Origin: Candidatus Woesearchaeota archaeon
GTDB taxonomy: Archaea; Nanobdellota; Nanobdellia; Woesearchaeales; GW2011-AR9
NCBI GenBank assembly: GCA_016214025.1
Contig: JACRPH010000006.1
Coordinates: 1-45,668 of the forward strand
Reading direction: 5' to 3'
DNA: 45,668 nt
Each line of letters opens with the position of its first letter. Within the stretch, counting starts at the first letter, position 1. A program made the translations under genes and the position numbers. The notes below the pieces were generated by a model. That model was given only the letters and a program-made list of their open reading frames with translations, ran no database searches and was not told the DNA's origin. Shown here piece after piece: positions 28,445-37,682 of the stretch.

Positions 28445-28789
28445 ATGCCAGTAGAAATAACGCTGGAGCTCCCTCACGCACATAGGGGTGATTTTAGAGA
28501 ATTCCTGCACCGACACCGGCGTGTGGATTCGTTCCAAGAGGTGGATGGATGTTTTATGGTGAGAGTTATTCCTCAAGATAGTCCGGAATTTCATGCGTTT
28601 GTGCGAGGAATAAAAAAAACGTTCCAGGTTAGTGTGGTTAAAGAAACTCCTCTTTGCCAGGGAACGTGCAGAAATGGAACAAACTGCTTTAATCGGGATA
28701 AATATGAGGGTTACTGCTTTCATCATCGAAAGGTTTCCGAAGGTGTGGGAGAAAGGGATATTAATCCCGCTCATCAGGTGATGGAATAA
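28445..28789 (+). CDS. Small protein with a C-terminal Cys/His zinc-finger-like motif
   Basis: CQGTCRNGTNCFNRDKYEGYCFHH (DUF5763-like spacing). First gene of the putative operon, downstream of TATA-like sequence. Confidence 0.65.
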   Translation: MPVEITLELPHAHRGDFREFLHRHRRVDSFQEVDGCFMVRVIPQDSPEFHAFVRGIKKTFQVSVVKETPLCQGTCRNGTNCFNRDKYEGYCFHHRKVSEGVGERDINPAHQVME

Positions 28790-28809
28790 AATAAGGAGGT
28801 AAAGAAAAA

Positions 28810-29016
28810 ATGGAAACACTTGACAGAAAGTTAGGTCTAACAGAAAGTGCAACAAACATAGGAGACTTAAAAACTGAACAAGCACTGGGTAGGTACGCTT
28901 ATTGGAGTACCGAGAGTAGATACGACAAATTAGGCGAAAATTATAGGGGTAGTTCATGTGGTCATTGTGGTGGCAGTTGCCATGGAGATGGTTCTTGTGG
29001 AGGAGATGGTGACTGA
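28810..29016 (+). CDS. Putative RiPP precursor peptide (Cys/Gly/Ser-rich C-terminal core)
   Basis: Strong AGGAGGT SD. 68 aa ending GSSCGHCGGSCHGDGSCGGDGD. Lies 8 nt upstream of a radical SAM ORF. Confidence 0.75.
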   Translation: METLDRKLGLTESATNIGDLKTEQALGRYAYWSTESRYDKLGENYRGSSCGHCGGSCHGDGSCGGDGD

Positions 29017-29024
29017 TTAAACAA

Positions 29025-29597
29025 ATGACTGGGAATATCTCTAAGCGTAGAAGCTTTAGTCTCCAATGGCACATTACGGCCGAATGTGACCAGAATTGTG
29101 CCCATTGTTACGTTACCGACGACAGAACATACCAGCAAGAACTAGAAAACCCCCTTACTCTTGATGGATGTACAAAAGTAATAGATAGCCATATTAAATT
29201 TGCTGGAAAACTGGGCGCAACACCAAATCTTGTGCTAACTGGTGGAGATCCGCTTCTACGCATAGAGATATTCCATTTAGCATATTGGGATTTCTTTGAG
29301 GAGACGTATGGAATTAAAGTTGATGACCTCTTTGATGAGCTCTATAAGAGTCATACCAATAGTGAACAATTCAATTTTTGGCAAATATCTGAATTGCTTC
29401 CAGAATATTATCTTAAGTTGCCCGTGTTTGCTAAATTTAAGTGGAATTTATTTGACCGGGAAACAGGATATCCCTGGATGAAAAAGATGAAAGTGATAGC
29501 AGACCCTTTATGGAAGCGTAAGCCTAGTTTTAGTACATTTATTGTTAGTTTGCATGAGAAATGTGGGTGTCCTTTAAGATTGATTAAGTTCAAGTGA
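29025..29597 (+). CDS. Radical SAM peptide-maturase-like N-terminus fused to an unrelated-looking C-terminus (truncated/chimeric)
   Basis: FSLQWHITAECDQNCAHCY (CxxxCxxC) and LTGGDPLLR. Similarity appears to stop at ~29261. Only 190 aa, with no SPASM cysteines. Confidence 0.75.
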   Translation: MTGNISKRRSFSLQWHITAECDQNCAHCYVTDDRTYQQELENPLTLDGCTKVIDSHIKFAGKLGATPNLVLTGGDPLLRIEIFHLAYWDFFEETYGIKVDDLFDELYKSHTNSEQFNFWQISELLPEYYLKLPVFAKFKWNLFDRETGYPWMKKMKVIADPLWKRKPSFSTFIVSLHEKCGCPLRLIKFK

Positions 29598-29600
29598 ATT

Positions 29601-30740
29601 CTAACAACACTTCTCTTTCTTTTCTTCTTCTGTTGGTTTGGGTGGTATTTCTATCCGAATGTGCATATGGTCGCCGTGGCTTCTGTCGGGATAAAAAGCT
29701 TTACCGTATTTCTGCCATTCTTCTTTCCCATATTTTTCTGTTACGTACTTCTTAAGCGGATAAACATACCGCTGGCTCCAGAAAATGTATTCTATCTCTG
29801 AGCTGGGAGCATCTTGCAATGACTTAACAAATCGCCAATTGGCTTCCAGAGTTTCTAGGGTGAGCATCTTCATTCCTAATCCCCTAAATCCGCTGTGGTA
29901 TTCACCTTTCTCATACCAATAATGTCCTACATCTATGTCTATTCCATAGCGGTGGCTGATGTGCGGAGGCAGTCTTCCTCCCCTTGCGCCACTTATATCA
30001 CCAACTGTAAGTACAGGGTAATTTCCGGAATAGGAATAATACACATTAGTAGCACATGCCGCCAAAGCCACGCTGTTGATTAATTCCACCGCTCCAAATT
30101 TGGCCCAATGTTTTCGGGTGCGCATATAATCCGTATCCGGCATCTCTGCCCACTTTAGATGTTTAAAGTATCGCGATTGGCTGAATGGATTGGGGACTTC
30201 AGTTGGATTTAGTGAATAGCAGATAGCAGTTTTATCTACTGCCTCTTCTACAGCTAGCTCTAATCCTGACAAATCAGGAAAGCCCAACTGCGGCAGTTCT
30301 AATTTAGAAGCAAGTTCATGCAGTTTGTGTTGGGTTAATAATCCTAACGTGGCTGCTTCTACCAAATCATCTGGTGCCGGTTTGCAGGCGCTGGCAGCAG
30401 CAGTTCTTTCGCCAAGCTTTACTGAAGGCTGATAATTGGTATAATAAGCAGTAACACACATACCAGTAATCATACCCATAATTGCGACGGTAGTAAAAGA
30501 AAAGGCGGTTTTTGCCCACCCTGGAGACAAAAAGGATGGAAATGAGAAAGATGTTTTGGTCTTAGGGGCTGGTGTAGGCGGTGGATCATTTTCTTTTAGT
30601 TCCATTTCCCACCAGCGATCTTCATACAATCTCTTCAACTTATCATATTCCTCTCGAATACGCATTACGATCTCACTTTTAGATATTCTTTCAGCTAGTG
30701 AGAGGGGTTCTTGTTTGTAGTTGAGGTTTATCCTAATCAT
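29601..30740 (-). CDS. Membrane-anchored MepA-like (penicillin-insensitive murein endopeptidase, LAS family) zinc peptidase
   Basis: VGDISGARGGRLPPHISHRYGIDID (H-x6-D) and HGDHMHIRI (HxH). TM helix near aa 80-100. Confidence 0.82.
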   Translation of the reverse strand: MIRINLNYKQEPLSLAERISKSEIVMRIREEYDKLKRLYEDRWWEMELKENDPPPTPAPKTKTSFSFPSFLSPGWAKTAFSFTTVAIMGMITGMCVTAYYTNYQPSVKLGERTAAASACKPAPDDLVEAATLGLLTQHKLHELASKLELPQLGFPDLSGLELAVEEAVDKTAICYSLNPTEVPNPFSQSRYFKHLKWAEMPDTDYMRTRKHWAKFGAVELINSVALAACATNVYYSYSGNYPVLTVGDISGARGGRLPPHISHRYGIDIDVGHYWYEKGEYHSGFRGLGMKMLTLETLEANWRFVKSLQDAPSSEIEYIFWSQRYVYPLKKYVTEKYGKEEWQKYGKAFYPDRSHGDHMHIRIEIPPKPTEEEKKEKCC

Positions 30741-31030
30741 CGCCCAGAAAAACTCTTTCGTGAAGAAAAAGTTCCCTAAAAATTAGTTTTTACTGTTCTT
30801 TTATAAGTTTTTTGCATTTGCGGTATATGAATGTGTTGATAAACTGGATTGAGTATAAAGCTGACACCATATTGGTTTGATTTTGTTTTTCAAGAAGCCT
30901 CACTGTTTTTATCATGTTTGAAAGAGTTGCTATAATTCCTAATGCTTCTTTAAAACTTAACGCTAGTGTAATATCTATATCCCCCACTTACTAAAAACAT
31001 ATAAAGCCTCAGTAAACAATTTTAATCAAT

Positions 31031-32488
31031 ATGTGCGGAATAATTGGAATTGTGGGCAGCAAAGACCTGGCTAAAGAGATGTACCGTGGCTTATTGCACT
31101 TACAACATCGAGGACAAGATGCTGCCGGAATCCTTAGCTATGATAAACACCATCCTGAACATGTGAGTGGGGTAAATAGAATAAAACAATTAGGTCTGGT
31201 AAAAAATCTTCTCCCCGAGCTTTCTGAGATAGGTGGAGAGATTGGGATTGGTCAGGTAAGGTACCCAACAATTGGTGAAGGAAAACTACAGGATGCCCAG
31301 CCGTTATACATTACCTCTCCCAATGGAATTTTAGGCATAGCACATAATGGCAACTTGGTAAATTATCTTTCTTTGCGGAAAGAATTAGAACGAGAAGGAA
31401 CCGAAGCTCAGACTAGCAGCGATGTAGAAATTATCCTTAACATCATGGCTAAGAAATATTCTGAACATAACTGCTTGCTAGATAATATCGTTGACAGCAT
31501 TCAAGAAGTATATCAGCGGGTTAATGGGGCATATTCAGTGCTGTGCTTCAACAAAAAGTTAGGAGGATTGATTGCATTCCGCGATCCTAAAGGAATTAAG
31601 CCGTTGCTGTGGGGAAAAAGAACCATTGATGAAAAAGTATCATATGGTTTTGCTTCTGAAGACGAAGCGTTATACGCATTAAAATTTAGGGATGTTCAAC
31701 CGCTTGAGCCGGGAGTAATCGCTATCGTGGATAATCATCGAGAACTGCATTTTAGAAAATTACGCCAAGAAGTACATGCCCATTGCGCATTTGAATGGGT
31801 TTATTTTGCTGGAACCGAAGCACGCTTGGAAAACGTAGGAGTTTACGGAGCAAGAAAGAGATTAGGAGAAGCATTAGGATATCAATTACGAGATAGAAAT
31901 ATCAATGCCGATGCCATTGTTCCTGTTCCGGATACCGCCAGAACTGCGGCCCAATCCCTAGCACAAGTATTAGGAATTCCATTTGAAGAAGGCTTGATAA
32001 AGAACCGTTATATCGGAAGAACTTTTATCATGCCCAATCAAAGAGATAGAGAAACCGCCGTAGGAATAAAATTAAAGCCGGTGCGGGAAGTGTTAGAGGG
32101 AAAAGATATTATCATTGTTGATGACAGCATTGTTAGGGGCACTACTTCACGAAAGATTATCCGTTTAGTTAAAGAAGCTGGCGCTAAAAAAGTATACTTC
32201 GCTTCTACTTACCCTCCGATAGCACATCCATGTTATTATGGGATTGATTTTCAGATGGGAAAAGAATTAATCGCTAATGGAAAAAGTGTGGAGAAAGTTC
32301 GTGCTACTATCGAAGCTGATGGATTGTTCTTTAATACCTCATCTGACTTGAAGAAAGCCATTGGATTAGATGACTTATGTATGGCTTGCGCTACTGGAGA
32401 ATATCCCGCGGATATAAGCGAAGCGAAAAGGCTGGGAGAGTTGAGAGAAATATTGAACGAAAGAACCAGAGGAAGCCAACTTATTTAA
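31031..32488 (+). CDS. purF: Amidophosphoribosyltransferase
   Basis: MCGIIG, LQHRGQDAAG, AHNGNL, CAFEWVYFA, VDDSIVRGTTS, PCYYGID, CMAC. Confidence 0.96.
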   Translation: MCGIIGIVGSKDLAKEMYRGLLHLQHRGQDAAGILSYDKHHPEHVSGVNRIKQLGLVKNLLPELSEIGGEIGIGQVRYPTIGEGKLQDAQPLYITSPNGILGIAHNGNLVNYLSLRKELEREGTEAQTSSDVEIILNIMAKKYSEHNCLLDNIVDSIQEVYQRVNGAYSVLCFNKKLGGLIAFRDPKGIKPLLWGKRTIDEKVSYGFASEDEALYALKFRDVQPLEPGVIAIVDNHRELHFRKLRQEVHAHCAFEWVYFAGTEARLENVGVYGARKRLGEALGYQLRDRNINADAIVPVPDTARTAAQSLAQVLGIPFEEGLIKNRYIGRTFIMPNQRDRETAVGIKLKPVREVLEGKDIIIVDDSIVRGTTSRKIIRLVKEAGAKKVYFASTYPPIAHPCYYGIDFQMGKELIANGKSVEKVRATIEADGLFFNTSSDLKKAIGLDDLCMACATGEYPADISEAKRLGELREILNERTRGSQLI

Positions 32489-32511
32489 ACCCCGACTAAT
32501 TACCTTCTGTT

Positions 32512-32646
32512 ATGATTTCCAATTGTCCAGATTGCGGTAAAACACTTCACGTCGGCCAGCACAAATTTGCTGACGGATTGTTTGAAGTATATTACTGCAA
32601 AGAGTGCGGATTTAGGAAAGAAGAGAAGATAAAAGAAGAGATGTAA
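32512..32646 (+). CDS. 44-aa CPxCG-type zinc-finger microprotein; absent from the ORF track
   Basis: Manual translation MISNCPDCGKTLHVGQHKFADGLFEVYYCKECGFRKEEKIKEEM. Confidence 0.75.
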   Translation: MISNCPDCGKTLHVGQHKFADGLFEVYYCKECGFRKEEKIKEEM

Positions 32647-32649
32647 AAA

Positions 32650-32958
32650 TCAGTGTGTGGCACGATTCAGCATGGCTATCATCTCTGGTGTTCTCTTGCC
32701 TGCAACCAGAAGATGTTTCCTGAAAGAATTTAGCTCATCAATAAAAATCTCTACTCTGTCTTTGGTATAAAATAATGCTTCATCTCCTCTTTGGGAATTT
32801 TGTTTATACACTTGTATACCCCTAAACTCTTGGGCAGTTCTCCCCGCTTCTGTTTTGATAATATTCATTAGCTCTATAAACGAATTCACTTGAGCATCAT
32901 CGATACGGCTGTAGCTCATCCAAGCCATCCGTTCTGGCTTTTTTCTTAACAATACCAT
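32650..32958 (-). CDS. Hypothetical protein
   Basis: ~102-aa ORF with a GAGGTG SD. Confidence 0.65.
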   Translation of the reverse strand: MVLLRKKPERMAWMSYSRIDDAQVNSFIELMNIIKTEAGRTAQEFRGIQVYKQNSQRGDEALFYTKDRVEIFIDELNSFRKHLLVAGKRTPEMIAMLNRATH

Positions 32959-33002
32959 TTCATCCACCTCTTTCTGTTTTGTTTAATATTGCTTAATTAA
33001 AT

Positions 33003-34293
33003 TCACATCAACCCTTTGGGCATTTTCCCGCTCATCTTCCGCATCATCTTGGAGATATCTTTCTCGCTTTTGAACATCTTGACCATCTTCTTGGCCAGGC
33101 GATACTGCTTGAGTAATTCTCGGATATCGGTAACTTTAACTCCTGAACCGGCTGAAATGCGTTCAATCCTATCCGCATTAATGAGCTCTGGCTCTTCTAA
33201 TCACTTCCAGAGCATCTTTAGGCAGTTTTAATGAGCCCATGCCCGGAATCATCTCCAGAATCTTGCCGAAGGAGCCCATCTTCTTCATGGATTTCATCTG
33301 CTGGTACAGATCTAATAAATTGAAATCTCCTTTGAGCAGTTTCTTCTCCAGGTCTTTGGCATCTTCTTCGGTAATAACTTCCCGGGCTTTTTCCAGCAGT
33401 GATTCAATATCTCCCATGCCGATTAATTTGCCCACGAATCTCTGCGGATGGAATAATTCCAGCTCATCAATCTTCTCTCCTACACCAATGAAAGTAATAG
33501 GGGCATTAGTTACTGAGCATGCAGATAAAGCTCCGCCGCCTTTAGCGGTGCCTTCTAATTTAGTTACGATGACTCCAGTTACGTTACAAGTATCGTGAAA
33601 AGCCTGGGCCTGTTTTTGCGCCGCTTGTCCGATATCAGCTGAGATAACTAACAAGCGCTCGTCAGGCTGCGCCGCTTTATTGAGCAGATTTAATTCTTCG
33701 ATAAGTTCTGATGACAACGCATCTCTTCCTGCCGTGTCAATTATCACTACATCATATTCAGAAAGCTTGGATTGGAATGAAGAGTAAATCTTTAACGGAT
33801 CTTTGCTTCCTTTAACTCCCAGAAAATCTACGCCAACAGCCTTGGCTAACTGCTCCAGCTGTTCATAGGCTGCCGGTCTCCACGTATCAGTCTGCATTAC
33901 TGCTACTTTATATCCCCTTTTGCGGTAGAACTTGGCTAATTTTCCGACACTGGTTGTTTTTCCCGATCCGAAGAGCCCCACCAGCATTATCTGTGTCGGC
34001 TTTTTCCCTACTTTGACTTCATGAGCTTCTTTCCCCAGAAAGTTGGTTAATTCTTCGTAAACGATAGTTATTAATTGCTCTCTTTTGGTTATGCCTGGAG
34101 GAGCAGATTCTTTAGCCCGCTCTTTGATTTTGGTGGTTAAGTTGAATACTAACTGGACATTGGTATCGGATTGAAGCAAGGCACGTTGAATATCTTTAAC
34201 TAATTCATTGATGAGCTTATCATCTACAAATACAGCTTTGGTTATTTTCTGCAGGGTGTTCTTCAATGATTCACCGAGTTTTTCCAGTACCAT
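33003..34293 (-). CDS. srp54: Signal recognition particle protein SRP54, frameshifted at ~33201 by an apparent deletion
   Basis: GLFGSGKTT, DTWRPAA, DTAGR, TKLEGTAKGGGALS. The M domain resumes out of frame as LEEPELINADRIERISAGSG...MPKGLM*. Confidence 0.93.
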
Positions 34294-34356
34294 GGTTTAA
34301 GTGAAAAAGAATATGATTATATAAAAGTTATGGGGAGGAATGAAGAAAATTATAAC

Positions 34357-35523
34357 TTAATACCCCACCACCATCACCACTCCCAGAATGATGGTTATAA
34401 CACACAAAACTATATTCAGCACTTTTACCTGCTTCTTTTTCCACAGCCATTGCCCTTTCACGCCGGATTCTTCACCTGATTCCCTAATCCAATATACCAG
34501 CCAGCTTAGGGCAACCATTAATGCAATAGTGAGCAATACATAAAACACCAACACCGCAAACACCGTAATATTAAACTGCTGTCCCAGCAAGTAGCTTAAC
34601 CATTCCGCATATACTTTATGCGCCCCAGCAAAGCTGAATAGTCCGACCACTATTCCGATAATCATAGTTCCTAAGCCAGAAAATAACTTATCCAATTTCT
34701 GGTTGTATTCAACATGTTTATGATGAGCCATTCCCTGGAACAATTCTTTGCCCGAGAAAGCATGGCGAAGCAACAACAGAGATAATATCATCATAATTAT
34801 TCCTATTGTTTTAGAAGCATAATAACTTACTGCCTCAATTCCGAACCAAGAGAAAAACCCAGAGCCAAACACTAAATAAGCGATTAATATCCCAAAGGTA
34901 AACGTCAATGCCCGCTGCAGCACTACTTTTCTGCTCTTGCCGCTTATTCCGACTACTGCCATTATGCTAAGTAATATTCCAACCACCCCCAAAAATCCCG
35001 GACTGAAATAATTATTAATTGCTCCGCCGATTACCCGCACCGGTGTTAATGATTCTAAAATTGAACATGGCGAGCTTTTTCCCACGATTCCGGCTACGAA
35101 CCTGGACTCTGCTGCCGGACAGGCAGAATTGTTATTTTCAACCAGATGATTTTCTAACATTTCCCGAATGGGCTTCTCACCGATAAAATAACCGGTAGAA
35201 GTAAACACCACTGGAACTCCTTGCGAAGTTTCGGGGATTCCATAAGCTTGATAGAATGATTGCATTTCAGCATAATGTTCTGAATTATAATATACTTCCG
35301 CTTTCTTAACTGTGAGTTCAGGATGCACTTCCATCAACTGATCCATAAAAGCTTCAATGCTTACTGCTTCTTCGCTGTTTCTTCCATAGAAGTAATAGAT
35401 ACAATCAGAATAAAGGGAAGCATCGGAAGAGACCTCTTCAGCCACAGCCACATTAAATAGTATAGCTGCTATTAACATACGTATAATCCACAGTACTAAC
35501 CACTTGTGCAGCATCTTCACCAT
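34357..35523 (-). CDS. Thioredoxin-fold + CcdA/DsbD-like multi-pass membrane protein (degenerate)
   Basis: Signal peptide, CIYYFYG..., GVPVVF...YFIG (cis-Pro motif), then about six TM helices. Confidence 0.6.
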   Translation of the reverse strand: MVKMLHKWLVLWIIRMLIAAILFNVAVAEEVSSDASLYSDCIYYFYGRNSEEAVSIEAFMDQLMEVHPELTVKKAEVYYNSEHYAEMQSFYQAYGIPETSQGVPVVFTSTGYFIGEKPIREMLENHLVENNNSACPAAESRFVAGIVGKSSPCSILESLTPVRVIGGAINNYFSPGFLGVVGILLSIMAVVGISGKSRKVVLQRALTFTFGILIAYLVFGSGFFSWFGIEAVSYYASKTIGIIMMILSLLLLRHAFSGKELFQGMAHHKHVEYNQKLDKLFSGLGTMIIGIVVGLFSFAGAHKVYAEWLSYLLGQQFNITVFAVLVFYVLLTIALMVALSWLVYWIRESGEESGVKGQWLWKKKQVKVLNIVLCVITIILGVVMVVGY

Positions 35524-35640
35524 TTTTGTATCTCTGTGCCTACGTTTTCTTCAAAAGCATGGAATATTTTAAATACTTTTTCTTTTAATTCTGATTTAGG
35601 CTTGGAGGAGTATATAAATTGATATCCTCCTTTTTCTAAA

Positions 35641-37017
35641 TTAATCCGTCCTTCGGGTCAATTCTCTAGAGCGAGGCTGAGTACGGATATCCCTGTAGCG
35701 AGGAGGAGCTCGGCTGCCAAATGAACCCCCCGAACTTCTGGAGTTATAGCGGTTACCTCCACTAAAATCCCGTGGACCTCTGAAATCTCTTTGGCTTCTA
35801 AAGCCGCGCTCACCAAACCTCTGTCCACCAAACCGAGACGGCTCTCGGGAACGGACTTCAAATCTCAACCTGGGGAAATCCTCCAGTGGAAGCTCTTTGA
35901 TATCCAAGCGGTAACGGTCAAAAATCTGGCCAAATACCTGATAATCCTTATCACTCAGTAAAGTAATCGCTTTTCCGCTTTCTCCCGCTCGGGCAGTTCT
36001 TCCAATCCGGTGGATATATTCCTGGGGGTCAGGTGAAAGATCGTAGTTAAAGATGTGGGTTATGTTCTTAATGTCTAACCCACGAGCAGCTACCGGCGAG
36101 GCTACCAACACTTTTATTTTATCATGATTAAATCTATCAATTACCTGTAATCTTTTGCTTTGCGTCATCTTGCCGTGAATCATCTCCGCTTTAACGCCCT
36201 GATTACGCAAATTAGCAGTTAACAGCTCTACCGTAGAGCGGGATGAACAGAAAATTAACACTCGGTCCATGACATCCAGATTTGCCCTATGTTCAGGGTT
36301 TAAAGGCACCGCTGTTTCTTTTTTAAGCAAGTGCACTAACAACGAAAACTTTTGGTTATGAGGAATGTTATAATAATACTGCTCTAACAATTCCTGTTTA
36401 ACATATTTGTCGGCTTCCGCGACTTCCGGGTTATGCATGTAATCCGCTTTAAGATGATCAATCTCGCAGGAGATAGTCGCTCCAAACAACAACATCTGCC
36501 GGCGCTCCGGCGTTTGGGACAATATTTTTTCTACGTCTTCAATAAAGCCCATTTCTACCATTTTATCGGCTTCATCCAGCACAAAACAATTGATGTGAGA
36601 GAGGTCTAAATTTCCTCGCTGTAAATGGTCTAACATTCTCCCGGGAGTTCCTACTATGATATCTGCTCGGGCCATATCTCCGATTTGCGGACCTAAACCT
36701 ACACCGCCATAAACAGTAGCGATGTGACATCGCTTATACTTAGAAAACTTTTTCAGTTCGCTAGATATTTGTACTGCTAACTCTCTGGTTGGGGTTAGGA
36801 TCAAGGTCTGCAATCCTGCTCTTGGTTTTATATTTTGGATTATAGGTGCACCAAAAGCTACGGTTTTTCCCGAACCGGTAAACGACATTCCAATTACGTC
36901 TTTCCCGGCGAGGACTAAAGGAATAGCTATCTCCTGAATCTTGGTCGGCTCGGATATTCCCTCTTCCGCCAAGGCTTTTATTACTTCTGCATTTAAATTT
37001 AGTTGTTCAAATGACAT
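35641..37017 (-). CDS. DEAD-box RNA helicase
   Basis: Q motif PTKIQ, TGSGKT, PTRELA, TPGR, DEAD, ARGLD, HRIGRTAR, RG-rich tail. Confidence 0.96.
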   Translation of the reverse strand: MSFEQLNLNAEVIKALAEEGISEPTKIQEIAIPLVLAGKDVIGMSFTGSGKTVAFGAPIIQNIKPRAGLQTLILTPTRELAVQISSELKKFSKYKRCHIATVYGGVGLGPQIGDMARADIIVGTPGRMLDHLQRGNLDLSHINCFVLDEADKMVEMGFIEDVEKILSQTPERRQMLLFGATISCEIDHLKADYMHNPEVAEADKYVKQELLEQYYYNIPHNQKFSLLVHLLKKETAVPLNPEHRANLDVMDRVLIFCSSRSTVELLTANLRNQGVKAEMIHGKMTQSKRLQVIDRFNHDKIKVLVASPVAARGLDIKNITHIFNYDLSPDPQEYIHRIGRTARAGESGKAITLLSDKDYQVFGQIFDRYRLDIKELPLEDFPRLRFEVRSREPSRFGGQRFGERGFRSQRDFRGPRDFSGGNRYNSRSSGGSFGSRAPPRYRDIRTQPRSRELTRRTD

Positions 37018-37178
37018 GTTTTTATCTCCTGAATAGATACTTTAATTGAAATCAGTACTGATCTCTAAACCCTTATGGGGGAATTATAAGTTGAAACAGA
37101 ATGAGCGTTACTTGGTAAGGACCCCCTGTTTCGGCCTATTCATATATTATTTTATTTTTGTAGGGGCGAGTTTATAAA
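37018..37178 (-). promoter_or_regulatory. TATA box and long, potentially structured 5' leader of the helicase gene
   Basis: TTTATAAA at 37171-78. Nested complementary segments 37030-36/37136-42 and 37093-99/37126-32. AGGAG SD is adjacent. Confidence 0.45.
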
Positions 37179-37295
37179 GCTTTGGGTAGGAAATTTAATT
37201 TGTTAGTGATTAATAGTAAGGAAGTGGCAAAGACTTATCAGAATTATTTTGATTTTTTTGGAGACTGGCGGAGAAGTAAAGTGCATGATGTAGAT

Positions 37296-37682
37296 TTACT
37301 CTATCTCTCGCGGATCTTTGCACTTCAAGTTTGTTATCGTAGGAAACACTGTGTCTGTGCTTACGAGAATATCGTCATAAATCAGCGCAAATGCTACATG
37401 TACCGAATCAAAGATATTTAGCCGAGGAAAGCACTGCATCAATTCCTCACTTTTGCCTAAGACTCTTTCATCCAAAGGCAATAATTGGATATTTAACTTT
37501 CTAATTGTGGGCAGAACAGAGAGAGCTTCTTCGCGGGAATACTCGCGCTCCAATACGATTCTTGCTTCTATAACTGTAAACACGGAAGTGGTTGCCGGCC
37601 TAAGCTTAGAGAAGTTTACATGCTCTTTTAGCCAGTCCTCTTTTTTGACCAGCGCCAGAATGATGTCAGTATCAAGATACAT
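37296..37682 (-). CDS. vapC: PIN-domain (VapC) toxin
   Basis: MYLDTDIILAL, TVIE, FDSVHVAFA, IVSTD-like motif. Confidence 0.88.
   Translation of the reverse strand: MYLDTDIILALVKKEDWLKEHVNFSKLRPATTSVFTVIEARIVLEREYSREEALSVLPTIRKLNIQLLPLDERVLGKSEELMQCFPRLNIFDSVHVAFALIYDDILVSTDTVFPTITNLKCKDPREIE

Noticed and set aside
29014-29016. TGA ending peptide A as possible selenocysteine
   Set aside because: The next gene starts 8 nt later in a different frame, no SECIS-like hairpin was recognised, and TGA is used as an ordinary stop elsewhere.
28382-29074. 230-aa minus-strand ORF
   Set aside because: It is the antisense shadow of two plus-strand genes that have better start signals and motifs.
30790-30987. 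65-aa ORF between the MepA-like gene and purF
   Set aside because: No motif, weak start context. It cannot be supported, though a remnant is possible.
33178-33231. Programmed frameshift or intron in SRP54
   Set aside because: Conserved residues are missing rather than interrupted, and there is no slippery site. A deletion or assembly gap fits better.
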